From Eledone cirrhosa (Eukaryota): 64,000 nt of DNA. Below are positions 12,616 to 23,931 of the stretch, piece after piece. A program made the translations under genes and the position numbers. The stretch is from NCBI GenBank assembly GCA_964016885.1, contig OZ024744.1, positions 84,382,001 through 84,446,000 on the forward strand. The letters are read 5' to 3'. Below the pieces are notes generated by a model that was not told the DNA's origin, did no database searches, and saw nothing but the letters and a program-made list of their open reading frames with translations. Within the stretch, counting starts at the first letter, position 1. Each line of letters starts with the position of its first letter.

Positions 12616-12738
12616 GGAGGTGAGTTTTATTGTAGTACAATAAAGCAATGCAGATATCGGATAAGAAGCACTCTACAGTTTGTGGGACTGGAGTATGCAT
12701 AATATAAGATCAAAAGATGGTTAAAGGAGTTCAATATA

Positions 12739-12805
12739 TTTTATTATGCGCATTTCAAAAACAAACATCATCAAACAATAATATTTGTGTTTTCATCAGA
12801 TAAAA
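12739..12805 (-). ncRNA. Type I hammerhead ribozyme (mirror of 14361-14427)
   Basis: Reverse complement of the plus-strand motif. Confidence 0.8.
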
Positions 12806-14360
12806 CAGGAGAACATGATATGAAGGCTAAAAAAACACTTGTTGATAGTGCAGTTTTAAATCAACATATGAAAAGTGGTTTTAGATTGATGTGTGATATT
12901 GGGAAAAATATTTTATTTAGAGAGGGGGGGAGAGAAAAGGATGAAAAGGGAAGGAGATGAGAGGGAGAGATGGGTGATAGAGAGAAAGAGATAGTTTTTA
13001 TAACAGAGAGGAGATATATTTTATATAGAGGGGTTGAAAACCGTTGGAAGATACTGTATAAATTAAAAATTTCCATCTGCCTGCATAAATTCCATAGAAC
13101 TTTTCACAAAGTATACAGTTAATATTCAATTCTTTATCAATTTAGAATCTTTTCTCAAAGGCACATATACATACACCTCTTTAAAATATACCCATCTACC
13201 TTACTTTAAAGGGCATTATACACTCTATAGTACTCGTTTATTCATTTACCTCATCCTATCTTCTCGTAAAACAATAACATTTGTTTTTGACTTTTTGAAT
13301 ATTCATCCGCAATCATTATTATTTTTTTTTTTTTTTCCCTCTATCATAAATCTTTTTAATCTCAATTTCATCCTTAATTTATTATTATATATTTTTTTTA
13401 ATATATACTCATATATTCTTTAAAATATACCCATCTACCTTACTTTAAAGGGCATTATACACTCTATAATACCCGTTTACTCATCACCCTCATTATATCT
13501 CTTCGTAAAACAATAACATTTGTTTTTGACATTTTGAGTATTCATCCGCAATCATTATTATTTTTTCTCTCTATCATAAATCTTTTTAATCTCAATTTCA
13601 TCCTTAATTTATTATTATTTTTTTCTCCCCATCAACGAACTCATTATTAATACATATGAATTCAATATAAAAACTTTAACTTCACATTATTTTTCTCAAA
13701 TCCTATACATAAACATTTTCTCTTTGCTAATTTTAAGATTCCTACATTTCTCCTTTTGAATATTCACCCACAATTATTATTTTTTTCTCTCTATCTCCAT
13801 ACATAATCTCCCTTCGTTATTTTTTTCTCTCTATCTCCATACATAATTTCCCTTCGTTAATTTTCAAATTCCTTTAATTTATACATTATCTTCCAACGGT
13901 TCCCAACCTCTCTATATTAAAACATTATATCTTTTTCTCAGTTATAAAAACTATCTCTTTCTCTCTATCACCCATCTCTCCCTTTCCACCTTCACTCTCA
14001 TCTCCTCCCCTTTTTTTCATCCTTTCCACCCCCACCCCTCCCTAAATATAATATATTTTTTCCTCGCACATATCCTCCCTTCGTTAATTTTCAAAATTTT
14101 TAATTTATACAGTATCTTCCAACGGTTTTCAACCCCTCTATATAAAATATATCTCCTCTCTGTTATAAAAACTATCTCTTTCTCTCTATCACCCATCTCT
14201 CCCTCTCATCTCCTTCCCTTTTCATCCTTTTCTCTCCCCCCCTCTCTAAATAAAATATTTTTCCCAATATCACACATCAATCTAAAACCACTTTTCATAT
14301 GTTGATTTAAAACTGCACTATCAACAAGTGTTTTTTTAGCCTTCATATCATGTTCTCCTG

Positions 14361-14427
14361 TTTTATCTGATGAAAACACAAATATTATTGTTTGATGATG
14401 TTTGTTTTTGAAATGCGCATAATAAAA
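14361..14427 (+). ncRNA. Type I hammerhead ribozyme
   Basis: TTTTAT-CTGATGA-[~16-bp stem II with G.U pairs]-GAAA-T(GCGC)A-TA-ATAAAA; perfect stem I and palindromic loop III. Confidence 0.8.
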
Positions 14428-14459
14428 TATATTGAACTCCTTTAACCATCTTTTGATCT

Positions 14460-14516
<57 letters not shown>

Positions 14517-15538
14517 TGTTATATATCAATATCAAAATAAGGATCAAAAGGCATGGTATAAATTTCCAATCATTTTAATCACGACACATGTTTCAATAAG
14601 AGATAGATCGATCGTGCGGCCATGATCGATTATCACTGATTTGACAGGTGATAATGAATTGTCTTCAAATCTTTGATATGAGGGAGAAAATGTAACGATG
14701 TTCACTCACTAGAGTTTTGTCCCCCATATGAAGATTAAGCAGCCAAAACACGCCGACTGCTATTGTCCTTAGTTAGGATCATAAAGCTATCAAGTCTCTA
14801 TCTCTCAATAGCTGTAAAAGACACTGGACGGGTCTAATCTCAACATCAAATCTTTAGAATTACAGTCGGTCTCAGTTAGTGTGAGTGAGTACACACACAC
14901 TCACACACACACCGACGCGAGGTCGAAGTAAAAATATATAAATATACCAACATAGTATTCACCGATTTGACGATGTAAATTGGAGAAATTGGGTCAACCG
15001 CAGCCCTATACACACCCAAGTAAATTCAGTTCAATGTTCTGTTATACGTGTACCGATTGAATTGTAAATAGTGTATGTTTTCGTACATACACATCCGTAT
15101 CGTCAAAAAAGTGTATGTTTTGGTATATACACATCCATGTGAAGAGCAAGTAGTCAGTTCATATCGAACTCTGTATGTGCCGTTGTCCCATTGAGAATCT
15201 TAGTCCCCAAATCTGTGCGTGCAAGCAACCGCCATGTAGGCCAACAAGGGGCTCTGTATAGGGTAGGGTATTTTAGTTAAGGTGTCAGTATGTGCGTTTT
15301 CCCGTCATATGGGCCCTTGGGCTTTTAAGATAGGTGTTTGAGTGGTGGAGGTGAGTTACCCAACAAAGAAATAAAATAAAATAAAATAAAAAAGAATAGC
15401 AAAACCCCGAGGATGTGTGTAAGCCCATTAATGGTGTGTAAGTAATATTGTCCAATCAGTAACCGTGAGCACTCCATGGATAGATGATCATGGATCAAAA
15501 GCTAGTGTAGTGTTGAATTGATAGGATCGTGACCAGTC

Positions 15539-15586
<48 letters not shown>

Positions 15587-15589
15587 TAT

Positions 15590-15905
15590 ATCAAAGGTGC
15601 ATATTGAGTTAGAAACTCAAAATAGTCTCTTACAATAAAATAGCTCTAAGAAAGAGATATTTCCGAGCCGTATATTATAAGTGAATATAAAAGAAAAACG
15701 AACACAGGTATATAGATATATGTGTTCAAATCGTAAGGGACCAGATACGCTAAGGTGAAAAGAATACTAACTTAAATTGAGTCAGGCAAACCCTATTGTC
15801 TATAGTTAGTATTCTTTTCACTTTAGCGAATCTGGTCCCTTACGATTTGAACACATGTATGTATATATATCTGTGTTTGTTTTTCTTTTATATTCAATTA
15901 TAAAA
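15590..15905. mobile_element. Fold-back element: ~83-nt tail plus ~100-bp inverted repeat (15673-15772 / 15804-15905)
   Basis: Direct reading; flanked by TA-rich tracts. Confidence 0.7.
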
Positions 15906-15917
15906 TTATATATTAAT

Positions 15918-16120
15918 ATATAGATATTTTAATACAGAGGAGCTTCTACAGGACTAGAACTGTATCATTCGTGAGAAATCATCAGAAAGCGCCTGATGAT
16001 TTCCCACGAATGATACAGTTCTAGTCCTGTAGAAGCTCTTCTACATTAAACATTTATACTCTTCTATGTATTGAGTACCTTACTTATTGTGGTTACCCCC
16101 GATTCAACCGGGAATAACTT
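15918..16120. mobile_element. Fold-back element with decayed hammerhead (CTGATGA...GATA) and ~62-nt tail
   Basis: Palindrome centred on 15996-16002, immediately 5' of CTGATGA. Confidence 0.7.
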
Positions 16121-16129
16121 ATATATATG

Positions 16130-17640
16130 TAGAGTCGCCGGCAATCACATTGGACGCCGAGCTCTGGCCAGTTCAGTACCCTCGACTCCTTTGACGATGT
16201 TTGCCGGCGTACTGTGAATCGGTTCCGTTTCGGGTGAATTTTATCAGCAGGTCTCTGCGGTAGCGATGGGAACCAGAATTGATCCAAACTATCCCAACTT
16301 GTTTGTTGGTTACGTCGAAGCCCAGATCTTCTCTCAGTACGCTTGACCGACTCCTGAGCTATACGGTCATTATATCGACGACTGTGTCGACGCCACCTCT
16401 CTATCACGAGAACAGCTCGACTCTTTCTTTTCTTTGTCCTATCTTTCAATCCTGCTCTCAATTTCACCGCCTCCGTCGCCGATTCTTCTGTCGCTTTTCT
16501 AGATATCTTTCTATCTATTAATCACTCTTACCACAGCTTCTCTACTTCCATCTTCATCAAACTAACAGACTCCCAATCTTACCTCGACTTCACATCCTCC
16601 CATCCAACCCACACCAAACAATCCATACCCTATTCCCAATTCCTCCGTTTTCGACGATTTCGAAACCCATTGCTTTCGCATGGCTTCCTGCTTCATCTAG
16701 CGTGGATATCCCCCCCCCCTCTCACTCTGATCCAAGCTGCTCTCACCCGCGCCCAGGAAACATACCGCACCACAGTCCTCTCACCTCACCCCCGCCTTCC
16801 CAACACCTGTGTTCCTTTCCCTCTAGCCTACAACCCTACCACTCCGGCGTCATATCCTCCGTTCCTTCCGTATCCTCTCTTCTCACCCCGTTACTTCTCC
16901 CTTTTTTCCAAACCCACCCATTACTGCCCGCAACCTCCGCGACCTCCTGGTTCGCAGTTCCTTTTCGTCCTCTTCCACGACTCCACCTGGCTCTCATCCT
17001 TGTTCCAGTTCCTGCTGCAACACTTGTCCCTTTATTTCAACCCTCACCACTCTTACAGGCCCTAACGGGTCTTTCCATATCCGCCATTCCTTCACCTGCA
17101 CATACACCCACGTTGTCTATGCCCTCCGGTGTTCCCTTTGCGGGTCTTTAGATATCGGACAAACGCGACGCCGTATGGCGGACCGTTTTGCCGAACATTT
17201 GAGGGACATACGACTCGGTTTGAATACTCCTGTGGCCCGTCATTTCTGTTCTATTTGTCATTCTTCCCTACATGTTTCAGTCCTGGGTGTCCTTTTACAA
17301 CATGGATCACAAGCCTCGCGCACCAGGACTGAACAAAGTCTAATTCACCGCCTTGTGTCCTATTCCCCTCTTTGACTAAAACTCACCTCCCCAATTTCTC
17401 TAATACTCCGTCCATTATCACACCCCTAGATTCCTATCGCTTTCTCTTGATCTTTAGCAGCTTCTCTTACAACTAATACGTGCGGACTATATATGATAAC
17501 TCCACTTTTCCCTACACTGTTCTGTATACACACATACACACACTTATATTTACATACTTTTGTTCATAGCTTCGTACTTACATGCACACACACTCTTTTA
17601 CTCTCATATACACATTTTTCTTCATAGCTTCGTACTGACG
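16130..17640 (+). mobile_element. Degenerate, internally deleted Penelope-like element (RT thumb plus GIY-YIG), related to 35245-39602
   Basis: Remnants of YPNLFVGYVE, YIDDC, K.TDSQSYL, C...CCNTCP, YIGQT.RRMADRFAEHLRDI. Confidence 0.8.
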
Positions 17641-17641
17641 T

Positions 17642-17728
<87 letters not shown>

Positions 17729-17736
<8 letters not shown>

Positions 17737-18436
17737 AAGGTTTAGCAAATAATGAAAAAGTTTCAAAATAAATTTTAAAAAATTGACTTTACCTACTATA
17801 GTTACCTTTACAGATCGGTTTCGAATCCCAAAAATAAACGGAGACCATACGGCCTTCGTTGCAAAGAAAGATTCTCGTCAGAAGGTTCTTTTCATTCGAA
17901 GAATATAAAATTCTTGAATTTAAATTACGAACTAGCGCTATCCAAAACTGTTCCCGAGATGAGAGTGAATGAAGTGGAATCAATTTTTTCAAGGGCCGAA
18001 GTAAAGATAGAGGCAGAGGGAGGTAGGTCTTATAGTTGCGGCTTGACCTACCTCCCCCTGCCTCTATCTTTACTTCGGCCCTTGAAAAAATTGATTCCAC
18101 TTCATTCACTCTCATCTCGAGAACAGTTTTGGATAGCGCTAGTTCGTAATTTAATATTCTTCGAATGAAAAGAACCTTCTGACGAGAATCTTTCTTTGCA
18201 ACGAAGGCCGTATGGTCTCCGTTTATTTTTGGGATTCGAAACCGATCAGTAAAGGTAACTATAGTAGGTAAAGTCAATTTTTTAAAATTTATTTTGAAAC
18301 TTTTTCATTATTTGCTAAACCTTGTTTATATATGTTCTGGCTCGTTAATTTATTAACCTGCCATTGAACCACATTGGCATTTGGTTGGACAATACATGCG
18401 TCCCTTAGCGCCTTGTGCGTGAAGGAACACATATCC

Positions 18437-18437
<1 letters not shown>
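17729..18437. mobile_element. Fold-back element: ~300-bp inverted repeat (17729-18029 / 18045-18332) plus ~105-nt tail
   Basis: Near-perfect palindrome between (TA)n tracts. Confidence 0.85.
18174..18256 (+). ncRNA. Hammerhead-like motif (mirror at about 17803-17887 on -)
   Basis: ACCTT-CTGACGA-GAATC...GATTC-GAAA-CCGA-TC-agta-AAGGT; core and stem II are clear, stem I is offset. Confidence 0.5.
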
Positions 18438-18520
<83 letters not shown>

Positions 18521-18521
<1 letters not shown>

Positions 18522-18640
18522 ACGAAGGAGTTGTGGTAAGAAACCAGATGGACGATAACGCACCAGAGTACTCAATACGTAGGGTTGTAAAGTGGGTAAT
18601 AGGAAAATGTATGACCCGACGGCAGAGCTCAAACCGTTGA
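18521..18640 (-). mobile_element. Family P3 terminal arm joined to a Tx1-like fragment
   Basis: Homologous to the copies at 27231, 51157, 53651 and 57956. Confidence 0.7.
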
Positions 18641-19940
18641 AACGCTCCGCCTTCACCACTGCCAAGGCCCAGAACCACTAGACGACCTTCCGGGTCCAAA
18701 TGTACCTTCTGTGTTGCGAGACCCAGATGTTTTTGTAGCAGAATGACAACTCGGGTTGACAGAGAGATGCGTGCATCACAAAGTCGTCAAAGGTGGGGGC
18801 CAGCTGTCGCACGTTGTTGATCCGGGCCTCGTTTGATCATCTAGTATGACGCGTTCAGGGGTCTGGGCGATCCTTTCGGTCCTCATTTGAACTACAAGTT
18901 GGAGGCCCGTTCCACTGAACGCGTCACCCGATGCCTTTCCCATGGATATTAATGTGTCGTCGTCTAGGTCCAGGAAACCTGTCAATACCCACCATATGTC
19001 CGTAATCGGAAGGATGGTGTGAATTTTTACTTTTTGTGCCCTTCTACCCATGTACGTAGGGTAGAAGGTGTATGCGAGTGGTTTTATTGTCAGTTTCGCT
19101 GCCGTGTCCCTGTCCTTCATGAGAATGGATAGACTCCCGTAGAGTCTATCCTTCTGAATGAATAAGATATCTTTCATGATATCTTTTAAAACCAGCTCTA
19201 TCTCACTCTCTGATGGTTGAACTGGTTTTTTGGTTTTGTTTGAGACTGTCCTAAACATGAAAGTGTTTAGGAGTCTCTGGCTTTTTACTTCCGGGGGGGG
19301 GGGGGGGAGTGGATCGAAAATGATCCATTTTCCCGATACACTACGTAATTTTTGGCATCTGCCAGTAGATCCTGAGCTTTGCTTATATCTACTGGCAGAT
19401 AGTCGAGGATTTTCCTTGCAGTCTGGGCGAAGGAGACCTTTTCCTTGTTCGTGTTGCTGTTGTTGTTGTTGTTGGTGGTGGTGTTGATTTTACCATTGTT
19501 GTTGGTGTTGTTGTCTTTATTGTTGCTGTTGTTGTCGTTGTTTTCAGTTTCTTTTATAGTTGTGGCGACATCAAGTTGTCGGTCAGCAGGTGCAGAAAGT
19601 TCTTCCCCTGGCTGACCTCTGCCTTTGGCATCTGCAGCTGTGGAAGTGGCAGGGGAAAGCTGTGAGTTTAACTTTCCTTTTCTTCCTTTGAATGTTGGTG
19701 AAGATGCTTCAGCCATTTTTATCAAAGTAGGATTTTTGGAAATTTTTCGAAAGATGAAATATTTACACCACTATTTCGCCTAAAGCCGTAGAATATTTTG
19801 AGAGACTGACCGGATCAAAATTTCACCTGGCAGTCCCTCTACGAAATGGTACAAAAATGAAAGTTTACAATTAGGAATTTCTATGGAAATTTAGGCAGAA
19901 CTTACCCAGCAAGTTTCACGCGTGTGTCCATCCCAGAGAA
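18640..19940 (-). mobile_element. Tx1/L1-like non-LTR fragment: 5'UTR, ORF1 and start of APE endonuclease, internally deleted
   Basis: Low-complexity ORF1 N-terminus with SFAQTAR; EN-like VVILLQK...VHLDPEGRLVV. Confidence 0.6.
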
Positions 19941-20201
19941 TAGATAGATAGATAGATATACACACGCGTGTGGTTTGGTCACAATTGGGTTATCATTCGA
20001 TTTTGAGAACACAGGGAGAGAGAGAATGAGAGCTGTGTCGGATGCATACCAAATATTCTTTTCTTAATACTTCATATGCCACGTATTTCCACTATATTTT
20101 ATTTTAACGAATGAAAAATAAAGACTTATTTCGTAACGTCTCTACGTTTCCATATTTATTTTATACTAAATTAACATTTATTTATCTTTCGGGGCAAGAT
20201 A

Positions 20202-21098
20202 TCTAAACTATTATAAAGTAAGGAGTGCAGGACTGCGTACGATTTATTTTTTTAATCCAGTTAGTAAAATAAGTTGGATTACTTTGAATAAATAATGAAT
20301 GAATATTACATAATTTATGTACTAAATATCGTAAATATAAATAATTTAAAATTGACTTCTTTTCAAAGTTTCAAATTTATACACTTCCGGTATATCGTCG
20401 CCACCACCACCACTTCAAGTACCATATATATAGAAAGAGAGAGTTTGTGATGAGAGAGATATAGTGATCATGATTTTCTACCCGCTGACGCGTATGATTG
20501 TGCACGCAAACAAACTTGTAAAATTACACGCTGAGGGACATAGATTCAGATAAATACACATATTATCACACATATACATTTACACAAACACACATGTATT
20601 TACACAAACACACACATACAGTCATTATAGTAGCGTTCAGTGAATTGGAAATGGGAGGGTAAAAACAAGTATAACGTATTATTTAATTAACACAGTTTAA
20701 CTCTTTTTTTAAAAAAACTTAATTGTATAAAGATTTTATATAATGATTATAGAACGAAAACACTAACAAATATAATATATACAAAGGAAAGGGAAAGGAA
20801 AAAAGAAAGAAAAAATACCCAAGCACGTAATACTCACATCTTAGACCCCATAGAACAATATGCAGGCGAAAGAATGGAAAAACGTGACGCTACCAGTGCA
20901 AAAGATAGCAATATAGAGCACTGGGTAACCACTAATAATTTTTGAGGCAAGCCAGCACGCTTGAAGCGTTACCTGGGGTGATGGCGAGTCTGAGGTGCTG
21001 GAACAATCAAGTGCCCTCACGAGCATCACCAGTTACCTCTCTTTGGTATAATACCAATATGCTAGCAGAAAACCGCCTCTGGCCGGTTTTTCTGCTAG
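20202..21098 (+). mobile_element. Non-autonomous Helitron
   Basis: 5' TCTAAACTATTATAAA; 3' hairpin gcagaaaaccg...cggtttttctgc followed by CTAG; inserted between A and T without TSD relative to the empty paralogous site gcaagata^taataat at about 22290. Confidence 0.8.
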
Positions 21099-21282
21099 TA
21101 ATTGTAATATTTATTGAAATTCTTTAAATAAAAACAATTATAAAATAAAATCAGCGATTCGACAAAATACATTTTATTTCTCTCCAAAAAAAAATGTATT
21201 TCTGTGGGGTAATTTAAAAAATATATATACATTATACAAGTGAAACCGGTTTCTTCTATTACAACTACAACGTACGCGATGG

Positions 21283-21512
21283 GGCCCACCCACAGCCCCG
21301 GTGGCCGCACGAAAACAATGAAGGCGCTGCTGGTCGAGCTGGCGCGGGAGCCTGTCTGAAATCAGGCTGCACTGGATGGCATCCCAAGTGCTTTGGAGGG
21401 ACTTGACGTCAACAGGGGAAGAAGGAGGAGGGACATCTACTGGGCTAAGTCCCACCGGTCCCACGTCTCACAGGCGGCCTCACGTTCTCTGAACACAGAG
21501 GGTTCTGTTGTG
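21283..21512 (-). mobile_element. CRE-clade fragment
   Basis: Homologous to 1575-1750, with the same 5' boundary acaacagaaccctctgtgttcag. Confidence 0.8.
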
Positions 21513-21529
21513 TATAGTGAAATAGAGAA

Positions 21530-21840
21530 GCTTTCGTTAGAGGAATCCGAGTCGATTATGTATGTTTTAATATTTAAAAGTATAAATATCCAATAACATT
21601 AGCTGATAAATAAAGGAAAGCTGAACCACTGTTCAATATTTAGAGAAAAGATTTACGGCTAGAGCAATATTTTCATGGATTATTTTTAGGCTAAATGCTT
21701 TAGTCACGCATCAGACTATTAAAGCTCTTAATATTTACAAATATTACTGGTGTCTGAATCAAAATTAAGGGCTCTGTATAGTCATATTTGGGACCATACT
21801 CTTTAAGATGAAAGCGTCGTCGAGACTTTTTAAGAATCAC
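21530..21840 (-). pseudogene. Gene relic E: frameshifted 3' part of the hypervariable exon (21739-21840) plus downstream intron
   Basis: VILKKSRRRFHLKEYGPK, then a 1-nt loss before RALNFDSDTSNI; intron homologous to 200-350. Confidence 0.7.
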
Positions 21841-22184
21841 ATCTGTGATGGTATTTTCTTGTTTCTCTATGATGCATATGTAGGGTCTGGGAGGGGTAAA
21901 CAGACACTGACGTGCCGACGAGAGAACATCTACGTGGTTTCTCGAAATTCGTGAACTGAGTGAAATGCCATTGAATTGAAACATCGTTGGGAAATATGCT
22001 TGTAATCCTAAACAGTGTATTTGTAGGAAACAATATGGTGTCAATCAATTGGGTTATTCCATTCTATGATGTCGATTGTAATGAATAAATAACACACGAG
22101 TAAAAGCCGTGTCGGACGCACACAATGTTTTTTCCTTAATAATTCGTATACCAGGTAATTCCACTCATTTTATTATTTTAAGGA

Positions 22185-22226
<42 letters not shown>

Positions 22227-22557
22227 AAGACTTATTTCCATATTTATTTTATACTAAAATTAACATTCATTTATCTTTCGAAGCAAGATATAATAATATT
22301 TATTTAAATTCTTCAAAAACAAACAATTTTAAAATCAAATCAGCAATTCAACAAAATACATTTTTTTTTTTTTTTCTAAATAGAGAAGCAAAATAATGTA
22401 TCTTTATCCATTCTGTTAACAACCATTAAAAAGTTCCAGCAACTAAGATGTGACAACAATCGAAGTTTTACCAGCTGTGTTGCAGTATATTTTGAAACAT
22501 TTCACGAATCAACAGCTCGGTAAATTTAAGCTGTGTTACGAAAATGAAAGGTTTTAC

Positions 22558-22615
22558 CCTGCAACAACAGAGGCACCAGTGGTAGCAATTCCATTTCCAG
22601 TGAATTCATCTGTGT
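22558..22615 (-). other. Possible additional downstream exon of gene copy B
   Basis: Acceptor ttttctcag| and donor GG|gtaaaa; would read DTDEFTGNGIATTGASVVAG if the internal donor at 22819 is used. Confidence 0.35.
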
Positions 22616-22732
22616 CTGAGAAAAATAGATATATATATATATATCAGAATACATAAATACAGTTGAATGTTTTGATTCAAAAGCATACAACTGCAGAGAC
22701 AGCTACATGACATTTTGAAATAAAATTCTGCC

Positions 22733-23430
22733 TCATTTAATCGTGCTATCCAATAATGGAGATTTAATAACCGATGCCAACATTCTTTTGCAGGTTATGA
22801 ACTTAAAAACAGATTTACCAAAGTAAAAGAATTCGCCATGTTTCTCAGCACAAGAGAACAGCAGCACTAAAAAAAATATATTTCCAGTCTTTTAAACCCT
22901 TTCGTGAGAGGAATCCGAGTCGATTATGTAGGTTTTAATATTTAAAAGTATAAATATCTAACAACATTAGGTGATATATAAATAAAAGCTGAACTGTTGT
23001 TCAATATTTAGAGAAATAGATTCACATATTATTTTAGGGGGAAATGCTTAATACTTACCAATATTACTGGTGTTTGAATCAAAATTAAGGGTTCTGCATA
23101 CTTCAGGTTTTTTACCATACTTTTGAATAAAATATGGTCGAAGCTTTCTACAAATATGATATTCATTTTTAGGGTAGAATTCCCGGACTAGAACTGGTTC
23201 GCATTTATTTTTGACAGGTTCCTGCTGAAAATAATGTGTGTATTATAAAATAGATTTAACTAAGTAGATACTAATCATTGGCAATAAAAAAAAAAAAAAT
23301 GAATGAACTTTCTTCAACATTTCATTTCGTATAAACATTTAGAATATAAAGAAAGAAAATACAAGATAAATACTTAGTATATAATGATAAAAATAATTAA
23401 CCTTTTTAAATAACTTACTTGATGATTCAT
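22733..23430 (-). CDS. Spliced small protein gene, copy B; join(23430-23419, 23224-23059, 22866-22733), 103 aa MNHQQEPVKNKCEPVLVREFYPKNEYHICRKLRPYFIQKYGKKPEVCRTLNFDSNTSNIVLLFSCAEKHGEFFYF...
   Basis: Same splice sites and phases as copy A; indels of 6 and 3 nt preserve the frame. Confidence 0.7.
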
Positions 23431-23633
23431 CGTTAGAAATATATGAAGGTCTGGCAGCCACTGGTATATTAAAACATGAAATAAATATTTAACTTCCACA
23501 CTATATATAGTGTTAACGTTGGCTCACCTGAACAGTCTTTTTTCTATTTTGGATGGTTGTATTAACAGTTTACCCCTATAACACAAAATGGATTAACTTA
23601 ACTGCCAAGTTTTCATGCGCATATAAACACACA

Positions 23634-23695
<62 letters not shown>

Positions 23696-23702
23696 ATATA
23701 TT

Positions 23703-23840
<138 letters not shown>

Positions 23841-23879
23841 GAAATATATATATATATAGAAATATATATATATATAGAA

Positions 23880-23931
<52 letters not shown>

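Larger units (their letters stand above)
12613..14465. mobile_element. Fold-back PLE-type element: 85-nt tail plus ~375-bp perfect inverted repeat (12698-13072 / 14095-14465); partial copy at 31329-31585
   Basis: The arms are reverse complements by direct reading, each has a hammerhead, and (TA)n lies on both sides. Confidence 0.85.

Noticed and set aside
14560-14650. Possible hammerhead on the minus strand (GAAA-CATGTG-TC)
   Set aside because: The core reads GTGATAA in both paralogs; too degenerate to call.
17789-18277. Overlapping ORFs with the same peptide on both strands
   Set aside because: A consequence of the palindrome; no coding signature.
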